Of a stretch of DNA of 41,118 bases, positions 11,948 to 24,628 are shown piece by piece. Made by a program: the position numbers and the translations under genes. The stretch covers positions 64,284,706 through 64,325,823 of the forward strand of contig NC_068985.1 in assembly GCF_001194135.2 (NCBI RefSeq), in the 5' to 3' direction. The stretch is from Octopus bimaculoides. Taxonomy: Eukaryota. A model generated the notes under the pieces. That model did not search any database. It was not told where the DNA came from and saw only the letters and a program-made list of their open reading frames with translations. Position 1 is the first letter of the stretch. Each line of letters starts with the position of its first letter.

Positions 11948-12638
11948 TCATTCAAATGTATTTTATATATTTCATTCTTGTATATATCATGACAGATGCT
12001 GTTGAATGATCATATTACACAGCAGTTAGCTACCAATACAAATATAATAAGCAATTTTAGCAGGCAATATCAGTTGTATGTCTATAGTCTTAAAGACTAC
12101 TAACATACAACTGACGCCAGCCTAAAGTAATTTGGCCATCGTCGCTTGTTGACATTTGCTGTAAAAAGAAGAAAAATAGAAAACCAGAAGCATATTGATG
12201 GCTTTAATAAATTTCTATTGACAGTGTTGATGAAAATTCCTTCCACTGTTATAACTTATTTCAAGAATAACGATTAATGTTAACTACATTCACACATGTA
12301 TATATTTGAGAGTATACATATATCACTCAGCAAGAATTAAAAAATAATAAACTGTTACTCGAAAATAGATTGCATTAAATGATGATATCAAATTAGTTAT
12401 AGAATACTTATTCTATTGTGTAAACATCAAGAATAATACATCTGTAACGCATTTAAACAGTTTTTATTTTCCAATGAAAATCGGGACGACAAAACATGTG
12501 TAAAGAAGCACGTGTAGAATGAATGAAAGATAAGTACAAATATACGTTAGAAATTTATTTTAAAACTCAAACATTAAGTCATAAAAAGTTATTCTGAAAA
12601 TATAATGTATAAAAACAAACGTATGAAATAAGAATCAC

Positions 12639-12684
12639 CTTTTAATTTTTTTACAGGGGATTCGAGAAGTTGCTGCGACGCCAT
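12639..12684 (-). CDS. KRR1: KRR1 small-subunit processome component, coding exon 1 (MASQQLLESPVKKLK + 1 nt)
   Basis: ATG at 12684, GT donor (G|GTGATT) at 12638; the phase-1 end matches the phase of exon 2. The N-terminus is poorly conserved, so this exon rests on splice/phase logic. Confidence 0.75.
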
Positions 12685-12728
12685 ACTTGGATTGTATCTA
12701 TACACAGTTCCGTATATGTGTGTGTGTG

Positions 12729-12767
<39 letters not shown>

Positions 12768-13450
12768 TTAGGGAAAATATTTTAATTGAGTTTTTACCTG
12801 TAATTTTGGATTTTATCCCTAATATTATTGTTATATATATATAGAGAGAGGGGGGGGGGGACATTAAGTATTTATAAACTCCATCCTAGAATTAGTATTC
12901 TTATTATATTTATCCTACATTATATCGATATAACCATGATGCAACCCCGAAACTCTGGCTCGGCATAATGGAATAGGAGCTTTATTTACATATTATTAAC
13001 GTTACCATAAACGAATTTCAAAAATTGTTCGAGTAATATGATACTATAACAATTTATTATTGAATTTTTTAAATATTATGAGTTGTTTGAGTGGTTATTA
13101 TTGTTAAATTAATTTATCATATCTTTTTTATTCAAAATATAAATATGGCATTTATATACATAAAATTTATACATATAACCACCAAATAACTCTGTATCAA
13201 TTTTAATTTAAATATAAAAGATTTAATATTGAAGAAGATAAAATATATTAATTTGCAATAAATGTAACTTTTGATAATGATTTCTGTTTTTGAAAGTTTT
13301 AAATAGCTATATTTATTTACGAAACTAACGTTTACATATATACCACCCAATTTTTAGAGTGTGTATTCTGGATTCTACTTCGTCTTTATCGGGATTTATG
13401 AAAACTTCTTAGGTTAGATTTCTTTGTTCCAAACCTATTAATTACTTTAA
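12685..13450. promoter_or_regulatory. Probable bidirectional promoter/5' UTR region between KRR1 and RPB9
   Basis: 766 bp between two divergent start codons; contains (TG)n(TA)n at ~12713-12763 and a G11 run at 12850-12860. TSS positions are not determinable from sequence. Confidence 0.6.
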
Positions 13451-13843
13451 ATGGCTGATAAAGACTTTTTTGAACCTACTGATTCTGGTCCAGGTTTTGT
13501 TGGTATCAAGTTTTGTAAAGAATGCAACAATATGTTGTATCCTAAAGAAGACAAAGCTAACAAAATTCTTTTGTATGCATGTCGTAATTGTCAATATCAA
13601 GAAATTGCAGACAACACGTGTATTTATGTGAACAGAATCACTGCTGAAGTGGATGAATTTACACAGATTATTGGTGATGTAATAGCTGATCCAACATTGC
13701 CGAGAACAGAAGATCATCCTTGTCCAAGATGCGGCCATAGACAAGCTGTATTTTTCCAGTCTCATAGTTCCAAGGCCGAGGAAGGCATGAAATTATATTA
13801 TGTTTGTACTAATCAACAGTGTATTCATCAATGGACTGAGTAA
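13451..13843 (+). CDS. POLR2I: DNA-directed RNA polymerase II subunit RPB9, single-exon CDS, 130 aa
   Basis: Near-colinear with known RPB9: [22 protein letters not shown]...[39 protein letters not shown]...C.H.WTE; both zinc ribbons intact, ATG to TAA without interruption. Confidence 0.97.
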   Translation: MADKDFFEPTDSGPGFVGIKFCKECNNMLYPKEDKANKILLYACRNCQYQEIADNTCIYVNRITAEVDEFTQIIGDVIADPTLPRTEDHPCPRCGHRQAVFFQSHSSKAEEGMKLYYVCTNQQCIHQWTE

Positions 13844-15169
13844 TAACACACGTGTGTATTATTATTACTTGTGGCATTTATTACATAACATTCTTTTATT
13901 TGTTTCAGTCATTTAACTGTGGCCATGCTGGAGCACATTTGGTATATTATTGGCTTAATAAGTCTAAAACTACTGAAAGTATATATTTTTTAATGACTCA
14001 TATAATTTGATTGTAATTAATTTCAAGAAGTTTTCTGTAGTTACATGTATTGGAACATAGGCTAACTTCAAGCAGTTGCAGACTGTTAAAATACACAAAG
14101 CTATTCGTTTTAAATACCTTTTGGTGTTTCAGGCTATAAATTTATCATCTATTGTATATGGATCATGTTCATTATAAACATTGGGTTTACATATTTTGTT
14201 GTTGTTTTCCTTTATATTATTCAGCAAGAAACGATTTCTCAATATTTAATGAACGACTAAATGTGTTGAATTCTAAGATATATTTAAATATTCTTCACTT
14301 TCATGAAACTGGTTTAACATGTATAAAAAAATAGGCATAACTCCTGTAGTTATGCCAAAAAATACTTATTTGCATTATTAAATTGGAAGAAAACGTGGAT
14401 TTAAGACAGTAAAAGTATTTCCGCACAAGTCAGTGCAACTTCGGCGTTTTACTCTCTTAGTGTTGGTACCTTAAATATCACAACTTAGAGCTCCCATATT
14501 ACTTATAGTGACACTCTTGAGAATTGGAATTCTTTATTTTTAGCAAACCACTTCGTCTTCTCATCGGATCGAATCTGAGTATCTACTGACTCTGAATGCT
14601 ATTGATTTCGCCTTTCCCAATTATTCTCCCTAAACCGTTATAATCAATTTGATCATTACATCAATTAAAATTGAGCCAATAAAGGAGCTGGTGCAATGCC
14701 TCGCACCCTGCTGTCTTAAAAGAAGGACACTTTAGATACTATAGTCATGAATGCACTGTTTGAAATAAAGGCAGGCTGGTCACGTCTGAATTTTTTGTGT
14801 CTGTTTAGAGCTGATCTGGAGTTAAACAACACCATAATACTTTCACAGAAAGATTGCCTACTTTTAAGTACTCAGGATACATACTACATTCATTTCATTT
14901 CAGTCATCAATTTTGATGAAACTTTTGTTTATTCTAGTGGCAATAAGAGGGTTTTAGGTAAATTTTTTACGTAAATTCAGATCAGTTATTTGGTCTCACC
15001 ATTCTTGAAGGCCTTAAAAGAGTCCTAGGACCTGCCTTGCTTGTTTTTAGTAAGCAATTAATACACATACACATTCGTACATACATTATTTTAACTTTTA
15101 CTGATTTGTTTCCTTATTTTGATAACATATATAGACGTAGATAGTATATGTGTGTCTGTGTATGACACT

Positions 15170-15555
15170 GGCATAAATGACGTTTGCTTTGCGACCACAT
15201 GGTTTTGGGTTCAGTCCCGTTGCATTGCATCTTGGCCAACTGAAGCCTTGTGAGTGGATTTGGTCGACGGAAACTAAAAGCAACCCATCGTATACGTATG
15301 TGCGTACATATGGAGGTGTGTGTTTGTAGCTCCTTGTCTTGACATCACATCATTGTTCTGAAAAAGCATCACCATCGTACAAGTGGTGTTCTTCATTTCC
15401 ACTGTTTGAAAACGTCCAGCTACTGGAAAATATTACCTTGCTTGGAAACTGGTGAGGTTGACAACAAGAAGGGCATCTGATATTAGAAAATCTGCCTCAA
15501 GGAACTCTGTCTGGCCCATGCACACATGAAAAAGTTGATGTTAAAATGTTGATGA
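15170..15555 (+). mobile_element. tRNA-derived SINE with RTE-like tail
   Basis: accacatggttttgggttcagtccc...gtggatttggtcgacggaaac...aagaagggcatc...gatgttaaaatgttgatg. Confidence 0.65.
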
Positions 15556-15577
15556 CTTTTTAATTTGGCATGTTGTG

Positions 15578-15850
15578 TGTAGTATGAGGAACGAAGTGCA
15601 ATTCACCTACCTCTCAGGTTCTCTTGCAGTGTCAACTTTCCAGCTGGGTTACATCTGAAAGGCACCCTATCCACCTAATCTATGGCCAGCACCTAACAGA
15701 AAATTCCCTCTCTAGCTCATACATTGACATGCATCCATCTGCAGCAATTGCCTCAAAGTGAAGAGGCCCATGTAACCTCCCTTTATCCTGCTCTTCTGGT
15801 AGGGCCACTCAAACACTGACTCTTTACTTCTGGTTCACTTCATCCCCACA
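15578..15850 (-). repeat. Gypsy 3' LTR
   Basis: TG...CA ends; shares gcagtgtcaactttccagctgggttacatc and ctttacttctggttcac.tcatccccaca with 23128-23380. Confidence 0.8.
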
Positions 15851-16059
15851 CGTCCTCTGATCTCGAAGATCACCTCACTTCACTCCATGTTAAAATCTCC
15901 ACAGGGATGGAGCGCCGTTCACGTCCTCTCCACCCCCTTCATCATCCAATGAAGCAGCAATTTTGCGAACATCCAAAACATGACATGACATTCCATCCAC
16001 AGAGACGTTATTTTTGAAATTGACAGCCGTCAGTGTTCATCTATTTCACTGAAATGTGC

Positions 16060-17640
16060 AGCATGCCTTTGGAGTCTTGACTCAGACCTCACCTGCACGA
16101 AGGCAAGCTCTCTTTCTCTCTTTCACAGGGCACTGTGATGCTGTACGTGGGTGTCGTCATTCATACCTGAATATTGCTCTGTGTGGCAATGACTCCTTAG
16201 CCTGTCCTGATTGGGGTGACATATTGTACCAAAATACCTCCTCTAGTGGTGAGATGCATCCCCTCTCTGCCATGACCTTGAGCATGTGATGGTGTCTTTC
16301 CACAATCCCATTTCTACTCAGGCTGAAGAAGCAGTGCACATGACACTTATCCAGCACCTCCAAACAAAATGCAGTGCCATTGTCCATCGGCAATTCATCT
16401 ACAGGACCCTACTCCAGAAATATCTTGCTCAGGGTTTGTTCAACCTCATCTGCAGTGCCCATATTGCCATATGACCTGGTCCAGTGTCAACCATTGAGAG
16501 ATGTGTCCCCTGCTGGTAGTGTGTCACATCCACTGCCAATCATCTCCAGTTGTGCTTTACTGAGATATTTCCAGACTCATGCACACCTGGAGAGATTGAC
16601 ATCTGTCACAGCTCCTGATCACTTTTTGAATGCTCTGCCTAGTAACATCAGAGTCAACTTTCCTGGAAAGATACAATGTTCTATCCACACCCATAAGATA
16701 CATGGTATGCAGTCTCCTTAGCTCTGAGTCACCTGGTTGACACACTACAGTGCTCCCCTGCTCCAGATCTTCAGGCACTGCCAACCAGGCCTTTTTCATC
16801 CTGGTTATAATGTCTGCCATATTCCTTCCTGAAGGCACAAAGACTGTGCACAACTTCAAACTAAATTTGACAGCTAACTCTCCTAGGTGGTGCTTTACTA
16901 ACATCTCTGCAGCCCCTTTTGTTCGAACCTTCCATTCATTGGTGATCACTGATACCACCCATCCAAACACAGTAGCCAAATTATTTTGGATTTCAATAGT
17001 ATGCAGTCCCCATCTCAGGACCAGGTTCACGCCCTTCAGCACTGTGTCCAATTCAGCCATGTTTATGTGGTTGTAATCATCTACTTTTCTCAACTGGACT
17101 GCGTCCTCCACTTCAACACCCCTGATTTCCAGGACAACCCCTATTGCCTTGCTGCTAGCATCATACCATATGGTCCCTTTCTCCAATTTGGGCACATACC
17201 AGCTTCCTCTTACTGGGTCTTCTGCTCTTACCCTCTCTAGGATCTCCTGCATCATCACCATGGTCCTCTCTCCCACTTTGTCTCCGCAGCTTGTCTGCTC
17301 ATGTCTTGACATAGCTGCATGCTGTTTGAAGCCACCCTACAATTGGATAGTGGCCCAATAGTCACTCACATATCAAGAACAGTTCTTGTCTGTTCATGCT
17401 GGTGCCCTGTTCCAGAATCTCATTTCCTCTCTGAAATACCAATACCTGTCTTGTCTCTTTGTAGCTTAAACCCCAGTGCAGCTCCTCCAAACATTGGCTC
17501 CAGTGGTTTCGTGGTTAGCCTGAACTTCTTCAGATGCCCTATGATCTCTGCAGCAGACACTACAGTCTTGTCTTCCAAGATGTCATCCATACAGGAATTA
17601 GTGGCCTTTTTACCTTTCCCAGGGTAAATTTGAGCACTGT
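16060..17640 (-). pseudogene. Gypsy pol remnant (RT-RNase H-integrase), frameshifted
   Basis: ORFs 16557..17312 and 16157..16393 plus manual translation of 17400-17640. Confidence 0.85.
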
Positions 17641-17670
17641 TGCTATGATCTTTGGTGCAGAATTCAGCCT

Positions 17671-18490
17671 ATCATCATCATCATCATCATCGTTTAACGT
17701 CTGCTTTCCATGCTAGCATGGGTTGGACGATTTGACTGAGGACTGGTGCAACGAGATGGCTACACCAGGCTCCAATCTAATTTGGCAGAGTTTCTACAGC
17801 TGGATGCCCTTCCTAACGCCAACCACTCAGAGAGTGTAGTGGGTGCTTTTACGTGTCACCCGCACGAAAACGGCCACGCTCGAAATGGTGTCTTTTATGT
17901 GCCACCCGCACAAGAGCCAGTCCAGGGGCACTGGCAACGATCTCGCTCGAAAACCCTACAAGGCCAGTCAGGCGGTACTGGCAACAGTCACGCTCAGGAT
18001 GGNNNNNNNNNNNNNNNNNNNNNNNNNNNNNNNNNNNNNNNNNNNNNNNNNNNNNNNNNNNNNNNNNNNNNNNNNNNNNNNNNNNNNNNNNNNNNNNNNN
18101 NNNNNNNNNNNNNNNNNNNNNNNNNNNNNNNNNNNNNNNNNNNNNNNNNNNNNNNNNNNNNNNNNNNNNNNNNNNNNNNNNNNNNNNNNNNNNNCGGTCA
18201 GTAGTCATCGCCTCGGTGAGGCCCAATGTTCGAAGGTCTTGCCTCACCACCTCAGCCCAGGTCTTCCTGGGCCTACCTCTTCCACGGGTTCCCTCAACTG
18301 TTAGGGAGTGGCACTTTTTCACGCAGCTATCCTCATTCATTCTCACCACATGTCCAAACCAGCGCAATCGTCTCTCTTGCACACCACTACTGACGCTTCT
18401 TATGTTCAGCTTTTCTCTCAAGATACTTACACTCTGACGGGTATGCACATTTACATTACACATCCAGCGGAGCATACTGGCTTCATTCCT
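17671..18490 (-). mobile_element. 5'-truncated RTE-clade LINE 3' end inserted in Gypsy pol (N-gap 18003-18194)
   Basis: ORF 17849..18475: MLRWMC...ERRLRWFGHVVRM...EGTRGRGRPRKTW; (GAT)n tail at 17671-17690. Confidence 0.9.
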
Positions 18491-19269
18491 TGCCTAGTCA
18501 AACAGTATGTCTGGCCCTTATGTCTCACAAGCTGATACTTCCACAATTTCTCATTCACATGGAGCTGCAGATATGCCAACTTCAAGTCAACAATTGTTGC
18601 AGCCCTCATCATCTGCCTCCATTTTTGCAATGTCTCCCCACAAACAGTAATCTTGCTTCCTGTGTAGCAAAATACATAGTCATTCAGCTCTCAAAAGTCC
18701 AGTTCCAGCCTGACCTTGCCCTTCGTTGGCTACACCATTGCCATTAGCAGCAGCACTCTGCTCTTTGCTTTCTCCTTCCACTGGATTAGGATATCCTCCT
18801 TGATCCATCTCTCTACCTCAAACTCATTCGTGGCATCTCCTTTCAAGGTATGCTGATAAAAGCTTAGCCTGTTCCTCAGTGTCAGGTGCTCACCTTTCCA
18901 GCACCATTCAACTGTCCACTACTGATCATTGAACGCTGCCTGAAATCCTTATCTTCAATGGTGTAAGCCAGGGGTGTCGAACTCAATTGCACAGGGGGCC
19001 AAAACTCAAAGCACACTTAGGTTGCAGGCTGAACAGGATAAACATTTATTGAACAGACTAAAACATTTTGAACAGGAACATATATTGAAACGGTATATAA
19101 ATTTGTTCCAACTTAAATATTTTGCTCTGCATAAAATATCTCCTGTCAAAATTATAAAAATTTTAAATAAGAACATGTTGCAAAAAAAATATATATATAT
19201 AAATAAATGTGCTTCCTGTGAAAATTAAAATAATAAATCAAAACTTTCAATTTTCTTTATGCAATTTTG

Positions 19270-21860
19270 TCCAAGCTACATACTTAGCATCTTTTCTTGG
19301 CAATGAGTTCATTGGTGTTTGGGGCTAGGTTATGTGTTGTTGAAACTGTAGCAACAGGAGAAGGCGACAAGGAATGGCTCCTTTAGTACATCACATGGTC
19401 GATACAAATAAAAATATGAAAAGAGGATAAATGAGTATGAGTGCCAAAAAGAAAAGAGAGACACAACCGGTAGAAGGTTTAAGAAAAGATTTTATTGATA
19501 TGTCAACTTGTGTGTCTGTGTGTGTGCGACATATAAACATAATAATAGACAGGCCATCATGTATGCTTAGTGTGTATGTACAAACATAGATGTATGTGTG
19601 TGTGATAAGTACAGAGCATCAAAAAGAGTTCAAAATGACGTTAGAAGAATGTTCAGACACTACGATAAACACCAGTTTGTAGTCAGGGTACCAGTAGTTG
19701 AGGTGCTGTATCAAGAAGTTGAGGCCGCAATGCAGAGCCGATTGAAGTACTGTCGCATAAGAAGTTGCGGCTACAATGCTGCTGCCAGTCTTTTGTTACA
19801 GGAGGTTGTCGCAGGTTGTATTTGCTGTTAACCATGGTGTAGTAAATCATACACACTGTGGAGATAGAACCTGTGCAAGCGTCGCTGGTTAGTGTGTATG
19901 TAGAGAGATGATGTTGACGCTAAGAAGCTGGAGGTCCTGAATGCTGCTGGACAAAGTGTTGATGAGTCGTCATTGGAACTGGATGTGTGGTCAGTGGCTA
20001 GACCTCAGAAGGTCTGGAGCCAAAAGACTGACAACTGTGACAGTGAGAGGCTGGCTTTTTATAACATGCTGTTGGCTGAAACTGGGGTTTAGAAAAGACT
20101 GTCTCATGCAACCTTATCTGAAGGCTGTGATTGGTTGGGTTGCATCATGGCGCACAATAGAACGAGACAAAATGTGCCAATACCAACCAATCAGAGTAGT
20201 GGACCTAACAGGGTCCAAAGGTGCGGCCAAAGGCTAGCTGTTATTCACTATGTCCGTATTTATGTATATATAACAGAGAGAGAGAGAGAAGTACGCTACA
20301 AGACTTTCAGGATGGATTGCTGGTGTTTATCTGTGAGACAACTCCTATGTGACATTTTTTTCATTTTCATCACAGAGAACAGCTGCTCACACAGATATTT
20401 GCTTCCAAACAGAGACAGCATTTGAGCTGTGTGTAAACAGAGCTGGAGAATTGCTTCATATATGAAGCAAGTGAACTGTGTGGGCCCCAGAGTTGTACTT
20501 CCATTACACTGCAGTTCTATCAGCTTCATTTGAATCTGTAGAGGTACAGTTTCCACATTGACAGCAAATGGGTTGCGAAGCAGCTCAAAATTATTTTTCT
20601 GTGCTTCAAAGTCACTAAAGCACCGTGTGAATTCAGTGCGGGGCACACTCGATTTATCAACAAAGTGCTGCTTTGGGAACACTGTAGTGCTGACTTGGCT
20701 CAACATTACTTGGCAACCGGGAAAGTGAGACAAGTTCAATTTGTGCGTTTGTGTCTCCCCTAAGTGCACTTGAAATGCCTTCACTGCATCATACATATCA
20801 CAGATCATGCGATCCCATCCCTGGAGCTGGATGTTTAAAGCATTGAGATGTGCAGTTATGTCAACCAGGAACACCAACTCGCATTTCCACTTTTTATCCC
20901 ACAGAACTTTGGATTCTTTTCATTTACTGTCCATGGCGTGACATATCTCCTCAACCAGCTCAAAAGCTATTTTCAGGACCTTTCTCCAACTGAGCCACCA
21001 CACCTCCATATGATAAGGCACATCACTGAACTTTGAATGTATTTCCAGCAGGAAAGACTGAAATTGACAGTGATTTAACCCTTTGGCTTGGATAAAGTTT
21101 ATGGTTTGCGTTACAGTGCTCATTACATGTTCCATTTTCATGGCTTTAGCGCACAGCGTTTCCTGGTGTGATGCAGTGATATGTTGTCGACTCACCAGCA
21201 CAGTTCTTTTCTTGCATCTTTAAATGTATCCTACCCACTAGTTCACTTTTTTCATTGCACATCACTAGTACTCCTTCTATTATAAGTCCAAGGTAGTTTC
21301 GTGTTGGTTACACTTTGACATATTTTTTCAAAAAGGTCCTTTCCTATTGTCCCATCCATTGATTTAATGTCCAAAATTTCCTCCATGACGAACAAATTGG
21401 AGTCCACTCCACAGATGATGATAGCCAGCTGTGCCGTATCAGTCGTGTCAGTAGTCTCATCCACAGCAAGAGAGTATGCAACAAAATCTTTTCCTTTTTC
21501 AATCAACTGTTTTTTCAAATTAGTGGCCATCTCACACACCCGATTAGCAACAGTATTTCTGCTAATACTCACATTAGCAAACAGTTGCTTCTTATCTGGA
21601 CACAAAAGGCCACACGTTTTCATCACGCAGCTCTTCACAAACTCTGGCCAGGCTGGTTTTGTGATCTCCTCTACCACAATAAAACTTGCTTTAACAGCAG
21701 CTTCACTTTGGGATTTTGCTTTGGTTAAAAAAAGTCTGTTGTAATGTGAGATTCCTCTTCAACTCGTCTACTTTTCATTACTTCTGCTCAGCAGTGAGGT
21801 ATTTATACTTGTCCTGATGTTTTGTCTAGTAGCGTTTGAGATTATGTGGTGTTTGAAATT
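19270..21860 (-). pseudogene. hAT (GTF2IRD2/SPIN-like) transposase, frameshifted, 5'-deleted and split by a solo LTR
   Basis: YSLAVDETTDTTDTAQLAI, FLVDITAHLNALNIQLQG, FGSKYLCEQLFSVMK; the C-terminus ILK/VSTTHNLAPNTNELIAKKRC is joined across 19347-20300. Confidence 0.88.
19347..20300 (-). mobile_element. Solo LTR (954 bp) inserted in the hAT transposase 3' end
   Basis: TGTAGC...GCTACA termini, 4-bp TSD aaac/agac (one mismatch); minus-strand TATAAAAA at ~20056-20063 and AATAAA at ~19492; removing it rejoins the transposase reading LKVST. Confidence 0.8.
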
Positions 21861-21944
21861 GGTCCAAATGCTGATATCAAAATGGTCCCGTGGGCCAGAT
21901 AAAATTGCTGCACGAGCCGGGAGTTTGACATGTCTGGTGTAAGC

Positions 21945-23085
21945 AGTACAATACTCACTGGGACTCTGCCCTCTTTCTTGTTGCAGACTCACAGTGCATG
22001 ATGCCCCTGTGCTACCAAATGAAACCATGTCTCCACTAACAATGACACCTCCTAGGCAGTTGATCACATCCATGCCCATCACCACATCAATTCCTTCTAC
22101 CACATGGTCAATCACTATTATTCGCTCTCTTAATGTTGTGCCCCACACTGCCATCTCCACTTCACTGCCACCTTTACATCTAATTACACTGCCATCAACT
22201 GCCCTAACACTACTCATCCCCTTCTATTTTTTAGTCACCTTTAGGGTCACAAGAGACATTGTACAGCCTGTATCCATGAGGACTTTGAACACCTTTCCTC
22301 CAACCAGGACTTCAACTATAGGCAGCAACTGTACAAGAGCCTCTACTTGCTCACATGGAAAGTTTAAGAGGCAGCAACTTCCCTGTGGCCTTTTCCCTGG
22401 CTACAGTTTCTAGTGATATGCTCTGTCCACTTGCACTAGTAGCAAATGGGTTTGGGCTTTGACTCCTCACAGTCCCTTGCCATGTGCAGTCCCTGACACG
22501 TAAAACACTGGCCCATAAATGGCCATGGCTGCTTCACTTTTCTCTCCTCATTCTTCTACAATTGTTGCATGATACTGTGGGCTTCTGTAGTTGCCATTGC
22601 CACTGCATTTTGGCATTTTGCATCGACACAAGCTTCAGTGATGAGTTCGCTCATTATCTTCTCACTACTCGGCAGCTGTTGCAGCCACACCAATATCTCA
22701 TCAAGGAAACCATTCATGAATGCCAACTGTGCTGACTTTTCTAATCCTTCTCCAGCAAAACCTGAGAGCATGGTCAGTCTCTGAATTTTTGCTGCATATA
22801 TGTCCACCTGGCCTTTCCTAACTTGGTGAATGCAGCATATGATCCTTCTGTAAATGTTTCCTTTAAGTGCTGTTCAATCTTCTCTGCAACCAGTCGATCT
22901 GTTTCATCCATTTCAAGGTACAGTGCCAATGCGTTTCCCTCCAAAACAGAACCATGAGACTTGCTACATTTTCAATGCTTTGCAGCCTGGCCATCACCTT
23001 GATCTTCTGAATCCAGGTGATAACATCTCCCTCGCCACAGACAGGTCTGATGGCATCACTACCAATCCTTATTTTTGTTAACATA
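21945..23085 (-). pseudogene. Gypsy gag-protease remnant
   Basis: ORFs 22863..23153, 22556..22807 and 21768..22217; DTG protease motif. Confidence 0.8.
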
Positions 23086-23127
23086 TCGAAGAGGACAAAA
23101 AAAAAATACATGAAGGCTGAAATAGCT

Positions 23128-23380
23128 TGTATGAGGAGCAAAGTGCGATTCACGTACTTCTTGCAGTGTCAACTTTCCAGCTGGGTTACATCCGAAAGGC
23201 ACCCTACACACCGAACCTAACAGCAAATTCCCTCTCTAGCACATGTCTGTCTACAATGACTACCCAGGAACAGAGAGGCCCATGCTTGTCCTACTTCCAC
23301 CCATGTGATCCCCCTGACTCCTGCTCTTCTCAGCTGTTGATGTCACTGACCCTTTACTTCTGGTTCACCTCATCCCCACA
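23128..23380 (-). repeat. Gypsy 5' LTR
   Basis: Diverged direct repeat of 15578-15850, immediately upstream of gag; left boundary approximate. Confidence 0.8.
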
Positions 23381-23913
23381 CTGTAATTATTCTAAATAAT
23401 TTTATACAGCCTTGTACATACTGTATTTGATGGCCTAGACTATACTTTTGTAAAATAAATTACCACTAAAATAATATTCTAATTCCTCCATTTACCTGTA
23501 TAACTTTATGTTATTACTGGTAATTATAATCAATTTATTACATCTACATTCAATATAAGCATACTGTTGGCGATTGTTCATCAATAGAACGCAGCACATG
23601 TTTTGTAAACATACATACTGTTTTGAGCCTACATTGAGTGCATTGGATGCAGGGGATTTATTTTTTAAGCCATTTTGGAGTAAAAAAAAAAAGGGGGCAT
23701 CTTATATGCAATCAAATATGGTAATTATTTTTCAAGGACTATTTGTATTTTGACAAACTTGTGTCCCAAGACCTTTCTGGCTTTCTGAAAGAATGTAGAT
23801 GTTGATAAAATAGTTCTTTAAATTTATTTCCAGTTAATCTAATATGTTTGGATATTGTAAACACTTTTGCTCAATGAAGGACTAATTTTGAAATACCTGA
23901 ATTATATTTTGTA

Positions 23914-24555
23914 CTAGCACTATAGCCCGGCTTTGCTCAGGATTAAGTTAGGATTACCTGAGTGATACCACCAATTGAAGCAAATTTGACACCCAGACGT
24001 AAGTTTTGTAAGAGGAATAGAGAGGCCTATCTTCTCCCGCAGAGATGTGAGAATCAGATCTCTCCATTCGAAAACATGAACTGTTTTGTAACATTGTTTA
24101 CAAAATAATAGCTGATCGTTTGCGAAGGAGTGTGTCTACAGTCAAGACTTAAGATTTTTGCTCTGGTAACTTCTGCTCTCTCCCAAGTTCACGCACGACC
24201 AGCTATATGTCGTTATGAGTAGAGCAACGGATTCAGCAAATTTGGAAATTACTTGTGGAGAAACGGAGAATATCGTTTATATTGTGTATCACTCACTAAA
24301 AAGACGAAATTTAAAAAGTCTGTTATCTCTCTCTCTCTTTACACTTAACTCATGTTTGAAAATGCTGGTGTATTTCTCCAACTTGAAAATTGTTAGAAGT
24401 TATGGTTTAAAATTATTTTTAATGAAAAATTCACCTCTAAGGAAGCAAAAAATAAAAATAAATAAATGGCCGATTCCGGGCATTTTCGATCATGAGGAAT
24501 CCATTGGTGTGACTCCCAGATTGCTATCTTGTAAGGTGTGGATTTCTATAGATGC

Positions 24556-24598
<43 letters not shown>

Positions 24599-24628
24599 TC
24601 ACAAACTCAGCTTTACAATATGTACTGA
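23914..24628 (-). mobile_element. Non-autonomous Helitron-like element (~715 bp)
   Basis: Minus strand: A|TC...aaagctgag(TG)n 5' end; 3' GC-rich hairpin then CTAG|T; no TSD; the 3' end is shared with 32072. Confidence 0.7.

Larger units (their letters stand above)
18969..21936 (-). mobile_element. Buster-group hAT DNA transposon, both ends present
   Basis: TIRs CAGGGGTGTCGAACTC / (rc) CAGACATGTCAAACTC; exact 8-bp TSD GTGTAAGC at 18961-18968 and 21937-21944, with the central TA typical of Buster targets. Confidence 0.92.
15578..23380 (-). mobile_element. Decayed Ty3/Gypsy LTR retrotransposon with nested insertions
   Basis: Direct LTRs at 15578-15850 and ~23128-23380. Minus strand order: gag (RIGSDAIRP..GEGDVITW; CCHC-like C..C...HMARDC), protease (MDTGC, 22263-22277), RT (CMDDI, ~17579-17593), RNase H (WYDASSKAIG...HINMAELD), integrase (H..H...C..C; DNGTAF; NGIVERHH). 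Confidence 0.9.

Noticed and set aside
13442-13765. 107-aa antisense ORF
   Set aside because: Shadow of the RPB9 CDS with no recognisable motifs.
15573-23385. Target-site duplication and PBS for the Gypsy element
   Set aside because: Flanks ttgtg/ctgta match at only 3 of 5 positions and no tRNA-complementary PBS is recognisable.
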